In this document: positions 53,944 to 63,237 of the stretch, in pieces
Layout of the letters: every line of letters begins with the position of its first letter
How positions within the stretch are numbered: the stretch's first letter is position 1
Virus record (IMG/VR): IMGVR_UViG_3300044638_003984
Origin: a virus
Lineage: Duplodnaviria; Heunggongvirae; Uroviricota; Caudoviricetes
DNA: 64,000 nucleotides
Reading direction: 5' to 3' (one strand)
The notes under the pieces: generated by a model
What the model was told of the DNA's origin: nothing
Seen by the model: only the letters and a program-made list of their open reading frames with translations
Databases searched by the model: none
Made by a program: the position numbers and the translations under genes

Positions 53944-56107
53944 TATGTCTAAGAAATATTTCGCACGTCTATCTAAGTCTACAGCTACTAAAAGAAAAAC
54001 ATTCTGGAAGAAACTTGGTTCTTATCCGTTCACTAAAGATGAGTATGATCGTGCGGAAAAAGTTCCTGGAGATGCGAAGTCTGAGACAAGACCATCGCAA
54101 TATAATAAGAAGTATAGAGAAATGTATGAAGCAGTACATAATGAAGCTCCTTATCTAAAATGGGGTATTATTTCTCCAACTGGTAAAGTTATTTCTGGCG
54201 ATGAATATAAAAGTAGTGATAATTTGAATCATGCATCATTTCTTGTCAGACTTGGGTTAGAAAAAGAATACGATCTAAATGGGAAAAATTCGAACTATTC
54301 AAGATATGCTATTTTGAAGGATGTCTATGGATTAACCTCAATAATAACCATACCAGGTCGTGCAAAAATTGATTCTGTTATAAAAGCATGGAAAAATATT
54401 CCGATGGGAGATGATATATTAATCTTACTTAGTAAGTATAATGATGATGAATATGAAGGTCCTTCATCTAAAGCTCTATCGTGGTTAAAACAATATAAAT
54501 CAAAAGTACAAGAAGAATATGACGAAATCAGTGAATCCAGATCAATCAAGGCGCTTCAAAAGAAAGCAAAAGCTTCTGGTGTTCCTTATTCTATCTTGAA
54601 GCGAGTTTATAATCGTGGTATGGCTGCTTGGGTTACAGGACACAGACCAGGTGCAACACAATCTGCTTGGGCATTTGCAAGAGTCAATTCGTTCCTAACA
54701 AAAGGAAAGACTTGGTATGGGCCAGATGCAGATCTCGCGAAGAAAGCAAGAAAGTATCTACAAGAAGCTCATTTTATACCACAATATTTTGATTGGGGCT
54801 GGATTGATGATCGTGGAAATATTCAATATCCAGAAGAGCATGATAGAACACATACATCTATTCTAAGAAGATTAACAGAAAAACAACCTGAATATAATTT
54901 GGGCGATAGGCCAACAGAAACTGATGCAACAAAACAAGGTTGGATTCGTTGGGTAGTTGAATACAGCAATTCTGAATTTGTTTTATTTTTCAATACAAAG
55001 AAATTGATTAAAACGATAAAGATGTATAGATCTATAGAAAATATTGTAAATAAACATAAAGATTCGTCATATATTTCATTTGATTTGCCTAGAAAATTTA
55101 TACAATCTAGAACGAGGAACGAATTCATGTTAGAGCTATCTAAGGTATTTGGAATAAAAGAAGATCAAGATTACGAAATAGAAATGATTTCTGGACAATT
55201 AAAGAAAATTATAGATCTATCTACAGATACCTTGAATATTATCCAGAATCAGTCAGAAATTCCTGCATGGATTCAAGATAAGATCTCAGTTTCTACTCAT
55301 AACGCAGAAGCAATATTTGATTACTACAATTATTCGGAAGAAAAGATTCAAGAAGAAACGCAGATGAAGAAAGTTGTCATATTTCCAGGTGGTTTCCATC
55401 CATTCCATAAAGGCCATTATTCGGTTTATACTGCAATCAAAAAGAAATTTCCAGATGCAGATGTATATGTTGCTTCAACAAACGAACAAACCGAAAGACC
55501 ATTTTCATTTGAAGATAAAAAATATCTAGCAAGTCAACTAGGAGTTCCTGAGAAATCATTCGTTGAAGTAAAGATTCCATATGTTGCTACAGAGATTACA
55601 CGGAAATATGATAAAAAGAATACGATAGTTATCTTTGCTATTTCTGGAAAAGATCCAGATAGAATCTCTTACACAAAGAAAGATGGTACACCAGGATACT
55701 TTGCAGAATGGACTGGTGAAAATGTCGAACCATTTGAATCAAAAGGATATATCTTTATTACACCAAAGGTAGATTTTAAGATTGCAGGTAAACAAGTTGA
55801 TTCTGCTTCAATGATTAGAAAAATGTATAAAGAAGCTGATGATTCAGAAAAGAATCAAATTATCAAAGATATGTATCCTGGTGGTGATGTCAAAAATATT
55901 AAAAAAATCTTAGACAATAATTTGATAGATTCTACACAAGAATCAGTAGAAATTATTTCTGAAACTATCAGATGCAGTAAGAAGACTGGTAAGAATATCT
56001 GTTTCGTATTCTCTAAAAAGGGTAAGAAGATGGGTGGTCCATATTCTGAAACGAAAGCCAAGAAAAGACTCAGACAAATTGAATTCTTCAAACATTTAAA
56101 TAAATAA
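53933..56107 (+). CDS. large protein with C-terminal NMN/NaMN-adenylyltransferase-like (HxGH cytidylyltransferase-fold) domain
   Basis: VVIFPGGFHPFHKGHYSVY (H/T-x-G-H nucleotidyltransferase motif) around residue 480; N-terminal ~450 aa unrecognised. Confidence 0.5.
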   Translation: MESNMSKKYFARLSKSTATKRKTFWKKLGSYPFTKDEYDRAEKVPGDAKSETRPSQYNKKYREMYEAVHNEAPYLKWGIISPTGKVISGDEYKSSDNLNHASFLVRLGLEKEYDLNGKNSNYSRYAILKDVYGLTSIITIPGRAKIDSVIKAWKNIPMGDDILILLSKYNDDEYEGPSSKALSWLKQYKSKVQEEYDEISESRSIKALQKKAKASGVPYSILKRVYNRGMAAWVTGHRPGATQSAWAFARVNSFLTKGKTWYGPDADLAKKARKYLQEAHFIPQYFDWGWIDDRGNIQYPEEHDRTHTSILRRLTEKQPEYNLGDRPTETDATKQGWIRWVVEYSNSEFVLFFNTKKLIKTIKMYRSIENIVNKHKDSSYISFDLPRKFIQSRTRNEFMLELSKVFGIKEDQDYEIEMISGQLKKIIDLSTDTLNIIQNQSEIPAWIQDKISVSTHNAEAIFDYYNYSEEKIQEETQMKKVVIFPGGFHPFHKGHYSVYTAIKKKFPDADVYVASTNEQTERPFSFEDKKYLASQLGVPEKSFVEVKIPYVATEITRKYDKKNTIVIFAISGKDPDRISYTKKDGTPGYFAEWTGENVEPFESKGYIFITPKVDFKIAGKQVDSASMIRKMYKEADDSEKNQIIKDMYPGGDVKNIKKILDNNLIDSTQESVEIISETIRCSKKTGKNICFVFSKKGKKMGGPYSETKAKKRLRQIEFFKHLNK

Positions 56108-56122
56108 CGATAAGGAAAGAAA

Positions 56123-58171
56123 ATGAAAAATTTTTCACAAATACGAAACGAAATCAATATCCAAAATAAATCTTTATTGACTGAAGAATCACAGTTATTC
56201 GGATTAGATGAAACACATTTAATTGAGTCGATAGATATTCTATCTAAGAATTTAATTCTAGCTTCTCTGATTACAGAACAGATTTCTGATTCAGAAATTA
56301 AAGAGATTGTCGATTCAATTCCACTAGATGTAGATAAATTAGAAGATTATATGATTCAAACCAAGAACAATATTGTAATTGTTAATTGGGATGGATCAAA
56401 AGCTTCTGTAGAAGTAGACGGAAAGGAAATTGATATTCCTGGTGTTGTAAATAATCCTGAAGCTCTGCGTGGTGCTGTTGAAGGAATTCTTCAAGATTAT
56501 CCTATGTCTGAAGAAGTTACACAAGATGATTTGGCAGATGTTCTATATAATATTCCAACAGATACAAAAGAGTTAATTGGTAAAGAATTTGATATAAATG
56601 GCGATAAGTTATCTGTAGACTGGAATTCGGAAACAGGATCTGTAAAAGTTTCTTTGAATGGAAAATCTATTGATATTAATGATAAAGCTTATGATTTGGA
56701 TACATTGGCACAAGCAATTATGAAGGCTGTTGGATCAGATTCTAAAGAAAAAGAAGAACCAAAGAAAGATGATAAGCCTGTAACTGATCCTGAAACGAAG
56801 AAGAAACTGGCAGTACTTAATACAATAATCAAACCAAGATTAATTTACAAATATGCAAATACAAGTACAGATAGAAATAGAGTAATTGCAGCTCTAACTG
56901 ATTATATTAAAACTGGTTCAGATGAATCAAAGACAACTGCCGATTTAGATCAAAGAGCTCTAGTTGATCTCTTATTCGATTTAGTTGATGTATTAGTTAC
57001 AAATAGAAATCTAGCAACTCTAGTTACAAAGAATGCAACAGCTGCTTCAGTTTCTGAATCTGTTATTCTTGAAGCAAAGAAGAAATCAAAGAAGAAGCCG
57101 CCTACAGAAGAAGGTGTCGATGTTAAGTTAGATATGCTTTTGAAACTTGGTCTTGTTGATCAGAAGTTGTATAATAGAGCAAAGAAAGCTCTTTCAAATA
57201 AGAAAGCAGCTGGAACAGTTCCTTATTTAAGAAATCTTCTATTTGATTTATTGGATAGATTAATTTCTTATATCAAGAAAGATCCTACTCTATATAATAG
57301 AATTAGAATCAACGTCATGAAAGAAATGAAAGGAATTCTTCCAACAAAGAAAGATCTTGATGAAGCATCATGTGCTGGAAAGAAAGCTGCCGAAGAAGGT
57401 AAGGGAAAAGAAGTCCCTGAATCATATTCAAGACACTACTTCACAAAAGAAGCTTGGTTAGAAGGTTTCGATTCTTGGGATGGAACTATAACTAATATTA
57501 ATTCGGAAGAGGAAGAAATGAAAACATTCAAAGAATTTAATGAAACATTCAAAGAAGAACAAGAAACAAATGAATCGGTAAAGTTATCTGAATTAAATGT
57601 TATTAATGATGTTATAAATGGATTGGAGATCTTATCAACAACTCCTTTTGCAAATCTAGAAGAAGCTGAGAGCGAAATTAAATCTCTATTAGGAACTATC
57701 GGTTTGTCATTTGATAATCTTGAAGATGGCGAGATTCCTTTAGATTCAATTGACGGCGAAAATGCAGTTCTTTCTGTATTTTCTGCAGACGAAACGGTAG
57801 AAGATGAATTGGAAGGAGATATGGTTTTAAAATGTTCCATTTCTGAAGGAGAATCTGGTGTAACAGTTTCTGCTGAAATTATGGTTTACTTCGAAGATGG
57901 AGAAGCAGTTGCATTGACTGACGTTGAATTTGAAGTAGAGAAAGAAGATGGCGAGGAAGCCGAAGACGAAATGGAAGATAATCTAGAAGAAGAATTTGAA
58001 ACTGGTAAAGTCTTTAACGTCATCTTATTCAAGCCAACCACAAGAAGATTCTTATCTTCAATTATCCACGCAAACTCAGTAGAAGAAGTTGAGAAGATTG
58101 TTTCAGAAGAAATGCCTTTGTATGTAGTTCACTCAATTAATCCTATTGAAGTAACAGATACAACTAAATAA
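56123..58171 (+). CDS. large acidic hypothetical protein (682 aa)
   Basis: ORF track; Asp/Glu-rich, possible virion-internal protein. Confidence 0.5.
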   Translation: MKNFSQIRNEINIQNKSLLTEESQLFGLDETHLIESIDILSKNLILASLITEQISDSEIKEIVDSIPLDVDKLEDYMIQTKNNIVIVNWDGSKASVEVDGKEIDIPGVVNNPEALRGAVEGILQDYPMSEEVTQDDLADVLYNIPTDTKELIGKEFDINGDKLSVDWNSETGSVKVSLNGKSIDINDKAYDLDTLAQAIMKAVGSDSKEKEEPKKDDKPVTDPETKKKLAVLNTIIKPRLIYKYANTSTDRNRVIAALTDYIKTGSDESKTTADLDQRALVDLLFDLVDVLVTNRNLATLVTKNATAASVSESVILEAKKKSKKKPPTEEGVDVKLDMLLKLGLVDQKLYNRAKKALSNKKAAGTVPYLRNLLFDLLDRLISYIKKDPTLYNRIRINVMKEMKGILPTKKDLDEASCAGKKAAEEGKGKEVPESYSRHYFTKEAWLEGFDSWDGTITNINSEEEEMKTFKEFNETFKEEQETNESVKLSELNVINDVINGLEILSTTPFANLEEAESEIKSLLGTIGLSFDNLEDGEIPLDSIDGENAVLSVFSADETVEDELEGDMVLKCSISEGESGVTVSAEIMVYFEDGEAVALTDVEFEVEKEDGEEAEDEMEDNLEEEFETGKVFNVILFKPTTRRFLSSIIHANSVEEVEKIVSEEMPLYVVHSINPIEVTDTTK

Positions 58172-58180
58172 GGGAATAAC

Positions 58181-58468
58181 ATGAATTCATTTACTAAAGC
58201 ATATATGGAAGTCCTCAACGAAGGTACCTTCTTGATGGGACAAGATACAACTCTTGCAGATATCTTAAAGGAAACTAAGTTTGAAGATTTTTCTAAATCA
58301 GATTTTGATGCATTTGCTGGTGTGGAAACAGATAATCCTGTTATAGGAACATATAAAGATTATCAGATAATCATAGATGGTAATGACATTATATTGATAT
58401 CTGATAATGAAGAATCAGCTGGTTTTTCTCAAAAGATCTTTTCGTTGAAGTTACAATCAACCATTTAA
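58181..58468 (+). CDS. hypothetical protein (95 aa)
   Basis: ORF track. Confidence 0.45.
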   Translation: MNSFTKAYMEVLNEGTFLMGQDTTLADILKETKFEDFSKSDFDAFAGVETDNPVIGTYKDYQIIIDGNDIILISDNEESAGFSQKIFSLKLQSTI

Positions 58469-58857
58469 TGATTCTAAATTTAACAAAAGACAATATTAAA
58501 TTATATGCAGCCAGTGTTTACCAAAATCCTGGCTGCGCTTCGTCTTTAGAATTTGAAGAGGATTATCTTCGAATCAAATATCTGAAGACGATTTTATATA
58601 AATATCTAAATAACAAGAGTATAAATATTCGTATTTTGTTAAATCATATTATTTGTATACAGAATGTTTTTCCTGGAGAAGCAACTGCTAAGATCTTATT
58701 CGTTGTGTTTTCTGAATCTTCGTGGAATGCATTAGCAACAATCTTGATCTATTTGTCTTTGATGCCTCCAGAAATTAGAGGAATAACGGGAAAAACGATT
58801 ACTCTATCATCAATATCTATAGACAATAATCTATTAGAAAAATTAAAGGAACTATGA
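58468..58857 (+). CDS. hypothetical protein (129 aa)
   Basis: ORF track. Confidence 0.45.
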   Translation: MILNLTKDNIKLYAASVYQNPGCASSLEFEEDYLRIKYLKTILYKYLNNKSINIRILLNHIICIQNVFPGEATAKILFVVFSESSWNALATILIYLSLMPPEIRGITGKTITLSSISIDNNLLEKLKEL

Positions 58858-59765
58858 TGTTACTAGAAGGCGTTTACGGAAGTTTCAAATTAACTGAAGA
58901 TTCAGCAAATAAGTTAACTGAATGGATAAAAGATAACAATGTTATAGAACCTGTTGAAGATGAAGATTTACATATCACAACAACATACTCAAAGGTAGAT
59001 CCGAAACAAGAAATAACTCCTTCCGAAAAGAACAATATCAGATTAGATCATAAAGAATTTTCTATAGCAACATATGGTCGGGCTTTGGTTATTGAAGTGG
59101 AATCGAAAGATCTCGAAACAATTCATAAATCAGCAATAGATTCTGGCGCTTCTTATGATTACGAAACTTATAAACCGCACATAACCATTTCTTATAATGC
59201 AGAAGCAAACGAAAACATAATTCCTCTTCTATTTCCTCCAGATTTTGATATCGTTCTTTCTCATGAAGAAGTAGAACCTCTAAATTATAATTTTTGGGGT
59301 TGGATTAAGCCTGATGGTTCTCTTCTTCTTCCAACAGAAAAGATGAGGTACTCTTATAATGAGTATTCACACATAGATGTATTAAAAAAACAACAAAAAT
59401 CAATTTCTAGTTATGACGCAGCATATAAATTGAATTATATTCGTTTCTATGTAGAAACGGCATTAGATCGCCTTGTTTTTGATTGTCCAAACACAGTTCC
59501 TGCTTCTATTGTTGAAAAAGGATACAAGAATATTCTATATTATGTCAGAACTAAACAATTCAAATTTTATATAAAAAAGAAAAAAGGTCGTAACGAAACT
59601 CATGATTTTGAAACAATTGATAGTGGCAATTCTTTACAAGAATTGCTTGCCAAATTGGTGAAGCTGCAGGAATCAGATGCACCCGCCAATTCAACAGCAA
59701 ATATTGCTACTTATGCAAAACCAATGACATTTAAGATGTTTAAAAGAAAAATGGATTTGAAATAG
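58854..59765 (+). CDS. 2H phosphoesterase superfamily (LigT-like) protein
   Basis: Two H-x-T-x motifs (LHITTTY and PHITISY) with the spacing typical of 2H phosphoesterases. Confidence 0.5.
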   Translation: MMLLEGVYGSFKLTEDSANKLTEWIKDNNVIEPVEDEDLHITTTYSKVDPKQEITPSEKNNIRLDHKEFSIATYGRALVIEVESKDLETIHKSAIDSGASYDYETYKPHITISYNAEANENIIPLLFPPDFDIVLSHEEVEPLNYNFWGWIKPDGSLLLPTEKMRYSYNEYSHIDVLKKQQKSISSYDAAYKLNYIRFYVETALDRLVFDCPNTVPASIVEKGYKNILYYVRTKQFKFYIKKKKGRNETHDFETIDSGNSLQELLAKLVKLQESDAPANSTANIATYAKPMTFKMFKRKMDLK

Positions 59766-59772
59766 GTGTTTT

Positions 59773-60147
59773 ATGGACAAGGGTTTAGAACAAATGGAAA
59801 AAGACGTCCAAGAAATTAAAGTTCAAGTAGAACTTGTCAAGAAAGACATTCAACAATTCCAAAAAGTAGTGGATAAACTAGACACAACAAACGATAAAAT
59901 TCAAGAGTTGATTAATAACATAACAACCATCACAACACAACATCAACAAAAAATAGTTGACTCGGAAACGAATTCTAAGTATATCTGGGAAGAAATTGCT
60001 GATGTTAAAAAACAAATTGCTTCCGAGAAAAAAACTATAGAAGAAAGATTAACTGATTTAGAAAAATCAAAGTGGATGTTAATTGGTGGTGTATCTTTCT
60101 TAACTCTATTGATGAATATTGTTTCTACTTTTGTAAAGAGTAATTAA
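59773..60147 (+). CDS. coiled-coil protein with C-terminal transmembrane anchor (holin/spanin-like candidate)
   Basis: C-terminal WMLIGGVSFLTLLMNIVSTFV hydrophobic helix; immediately upstream of the GH19 lysin. Confidence 0.4.
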   Translation: MDKGLEQMEKDVQEIKVQVELVKKDIQQFQKVVDKLDTTNDKIQELINNITTITTQHQQKIVDSETNSKYIWEEIADVKKQIASEKKTIEERLTDLEKSKWMLIGGVSFLTLLMNIVSTFVKSN

Positions 60148-61467
60148 ATGAAATCCTTCAAACAATTTCTTATTGAAAACGAATTATCTATTGGTAAATG
60201 GGAAATTATTGCCTCAACTGAAAGAAGAAGAAAGTATGCTGAAAATCTATTCGATCTAGTTCAAACAGCATATAAGGACACACCATATGGTTCATTTATT
60301 AAAACTGTAGATAATGTAATTAATGGTATTAAGAATGAAACAGATCCAACAAAACCACCGACAATTTCAGATTGGCAAGTAATTAATCTAGACTCAGATC
60401 CATATGCAGAAGCCACAGTATTCTATAGAAAAAATAGATCAGATGAAACTTGGATTGGAAATAAGATACAAGGTATAGGACATGATGGAAGATATCATAA
60501 TAGAATTAAATCATCTCAGTATGCTGTAGAAAAGATTGTTGAATTGATTAATGAAGAGGGTTGGTGGATAGAAGTTTCAGATGCGTTGAAATACATTTTA
60601 TTTAAAAGATATAATGGAAAATTTCCTGTTGTTTCTGATGTTGTGTTTTTGAGAAAATTATATAATGATCCAACTCTTGAAATGATTGATGAAGTTACAT
60701 ACACTAGAGATATTGGTAGTGGAAGAATCCAGGAATCTACCCTGGGAAAACCTGTTCTTAAGATGAAAGAAGAATCTCTAGATGAAGGTCTTTCGGATTG
60801 GTTGAGGAATATTGTGCTCGCTGCTGGTCTATTCGCTTCGGGGGAGCAGGGTGCAGAAGCAAAAAGAATAACAGTTTATCCTGATGGTAAGGCAATTTAT
60901 ACTGATACAGGAAAACCAGTAATCAATAAATTACCCAAACTACAATCTACAAAGAATATATTATTAAATGTCAAAGCAGATACTCCTGATGAAAGAAAGA
61001 AACTTTTGAATAAGATGGCGATTGCTTCTGGAATAAAAGGAAACGAGTTAGAACATTTTATTGCACAAGCTAGTCATGAAACATTAGATTTCTCGAAGCT
61101 TGAAGAAATTGGTTCTAATAATAAATTTGAATTAAAATATGGTCCGAATTCTAGAATAGGAAAAAAATTAGGTAACGATACCAAAGGTGATGGGGCGAAA
61201 TTCAAAGGACGTGGTTTCTTACAATTAACAGGTAAGTATAATTATGAGAAGATTGGTAAGATATTAAATCTAGATCTTGTTTCTAATCCTAATATGATTT
61301 CTAAGTATCCTGGTGTTGCAGCTGCTACTGCTATTGCTTATTGGAAATGGAGAGTTAAACCTAATGTTAAATCTTTCGCAACAAAAGATACAGTTTCGAA
61401 AGTTACTAAGCAAATCTCCGGATCTAGTAAAGAAAAACATATAGATAGAAGAAAACCAAAAAAGTAG
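60148..61467 (+). CDS. glycoside hydrolase family 19-like lysozyme/endolysin with N-terminal accessory domain
   Basis: C-terminal FIAQASHET...KYGPNS...GDGAKFKGRGFLQLTGKYNY...AAATAIAYW, characteristic of GH19 chitinase-like lysins. Confidence 0.6.
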   Translation: MKSFKQFLIENELSIGKWEIIASTERRRKYAENLFDLVQTAYKDTPYGSFIKTVDNVINGIKNETDPTKPPTISDWQVINLDSDPYAEATVFYRKNRSDETWIGNKIQGIGHDGRYHNRIKSSQYAVEKIVELINEEGWWIEVSDALKYILFKRYNGKFPVVSDVVFLRKLYNDPTLEMIDEVTYTRDIGSGRIQESTLGKPVLKMKEESLDEGLSDWLRNIVLAAGLFASGEQGAEAKRITVYPDGKAIYTDTGKPVINKLPKLQSTKNILLNVKADTPDERKKLLNKMAIASGIKGNELEHFIAQASHETLDFSKLEEIGSNNKFELKYGPNSRIGKKLGNDTKGDGAKFKGRGFLQLTGKYNYEKIGKILNLDLVSNPNMISKYPGVAAATAIAYWKWRVKPNVKSFATKDTVSKVTKQISGSSKEKHIDRRKPKK

Positions 61468-61582
61468 TTTTATAGGAAATGGTAAGTATGAAATCATTTA
61501 AATCGTTCGTAACGGAAAAGAAATTTGCAGATCTTAAACCAACAAAAGGTAAATGGGCAAACTTATCATAAGAATAAGTTAT

Positions 61583-61610
61583 TGCTTTCTTCAACTTAAT
61601 AAGGTATAAT
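61583..61610 (+). promoter_or_regulatory. sigma70-like promoter TTGCTT-16-TATAAT upstream of gp55
   Basis: ttgctttcttcaacttaataaggtataat. Confidence 0.4.
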
Positions 61611-61642
61611 ATAGTTATATCATATGATTCATAATGAGGTTT

Positions 61643-62179
61643 ATGTCAAAAGAATACGTCAACAATCAAGAGTTACTACAAGCACTAGTTAACTATAAAC
61701 AGTCTGTTGCAGAAGCCGAAAACACTGGATTACCGAAACCCAGGGTTCCTGAATATATTGGAGAATGCATTCTTAAGATTACCGAGAATATTGCTAAAAG
61801 ACCGAATTTTTCAGGTTATACATTTAGAGAAGATATGATAGGTGATGCTGTCGAAAACTGTCTATTATATCTTCATAACTTTAATGAGGAAGCTTCACAA
61901 AATGCATTTGGTTATTTCTCTAAGATTATCTGGTACGCATTCTTAAGAAGAATTGAAAAAGAATCTACAGAAACTTATGTCAAATTCAAATCTCTTGAAG
62001 CTTCTCCTTTATTCACAGATCACAAGATGGAATCTAAAAAATTCGTTAATCTTAATAAGTCTGTTCTGAATGAAAACACAATTCATATCATTGAAAAATA
62101 TGAAGAAAAGATATTGAGAAGAAAGAAGATAAAGGTTCTCGATGAGAGTCTAACTAAATTAGAGGAGTTTATGGAATAA
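61643..62179 (+). CDS. late sigma factor, T4 gp55-like
   Basis: YVNNQELLQAL, KRPNFSGYT, DAVENCLLYLHNFNEE and AFLRRIEKE blocks match T4 gp55. Confidence 0.85.
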   Translation: MSKEYVNNQELLQALVNYKQSVAEAENTGLPKPRVPEYIGECILKITENIAKRPNFSGYTFREDMIGDAVENCLLYLHNFNEEASQNAFGYFSKIIWYAFLRRIEKESTETYVKFKSLEASPLFTDHKMESKKFVNLNKSVLNENTIHIIEKYEEKILRRKKIKVLDESLTKLEEFME

Positions 62180-63237
62180 TGTTTGTAGCTCTTATCACCG
62201 ACACACATTTCGGTATCAAAAATGATTCTCCTCTATTCTATGAATATTTCGATTTATTCTTAGATAATGTCTTCTTTCCGACCATAGAACAAAAAGGAAT
62301 AGACAAGATAATTCACTTGGGAGATTGTTTTGATAGAAGGAAATATGTAAATTTCAATACTCTAACATGGGCTAGATCTTCTTTCTTTGATAGAATTCAG
62401 GATATAGCCACAATGGATATTATCATTGGGAATCATGATACATATTTTAAGAATACGAATGATGTCAATTCTCCCAATCTATTGCTTAGTGATTATGATA
62501 ATATTCGCATATTTGATGATGTGTATGAAGAAGACAATTTAATATACGTTCCTTGGATTACAGAAGATAAAAAGAAAGACGTATTAGAAAAGATTTCGAA
62601 ATCTTCTGCTAACATTCTTCTTGGTCATCTTGAAGTAAAAGGATATACTATGTTCAAGGGCGCAATCTGCGATCATGGTTTGTCTTCTGATATTTTCTAC
62701 AATTATGATCTAGTTCTTTCAGGACATTTTCATTCTAAGAACGATTCGTCAAATATCTATTATCTTGGATGTCCTTGGGATTTGATGTTTAATGACGTCG
62801 ATGATGTTAAAGGTTTCCATATCTTAGATACAGAAACAGCTGAATTGACTTTCATTGAGAACCCATATAAATTATTTAATAAATTATATTATGATGATTC
62901 TTCTGCAAAGAAGGTTCAAGATGTTCTTTATTCTGATAAAAAATACAATTCATTAACAAAGACTTTCATTAAAGTTTATATTAAAGCTAAAACAAACCCA
63001 GTATTTTTCGATAGATTTTGTGATCGATTAACAGAATCGAATCCTTATTCTGTAGTTTATGCTGAACAATATCTAGACATTGAAGATTCAGAAGAAGTCG
63101 CTTCACTATCAGAAGATACTCTTTCTCTTCTAAAATCTTCTATCGAAGATTATGTAGATTTAATACCTGATGATAGTAAAATGCGAGAATTAGAAACATT
63201 ATTATCAGATTTATATACCGAGGCAATAAAATCATGA
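62179..63237 (+). CDS. recombination endonuclease subunit, T4 gp47-like (Mre11/SbcD)
   Basis: Phosphoesterase motifs DTHFG, GDCFD, GNHD and GHFH; followed by the gp46 homologue with ATGA overlap. Confidence 0.85.
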   Translation: MFVALITDTHFGIKNDSPLFYEYFDLFLDNVFFPTIEQKGIDKIIHLGDCFDRRKYVNFNTLTWARSSFFDRIQDIATMDIIIGNHDTYFKNTNDVNSPNLLLSDYDNIRIFDDVYEEDNLIYVPWITEDKKKDVLEKISKSSANILLGHLEVKGYTMFKGAICDHGLSSDIFYNYDLVLSGHFHSKNDSSNIYYLGCPWDLMFNDVDDVKGFHILDTETAELTFIENPYKLFNKLYYDDSSAKKVQDVLYSDKKYNSLTKTFIKVYIKAKTNPVFFDRFCDRLTESNPYSVVYAEQYLDIEDSEEVASLSEDTLSLLKSSIEDYVDLIPDDSKMRELETLLSDLYTEAIKS

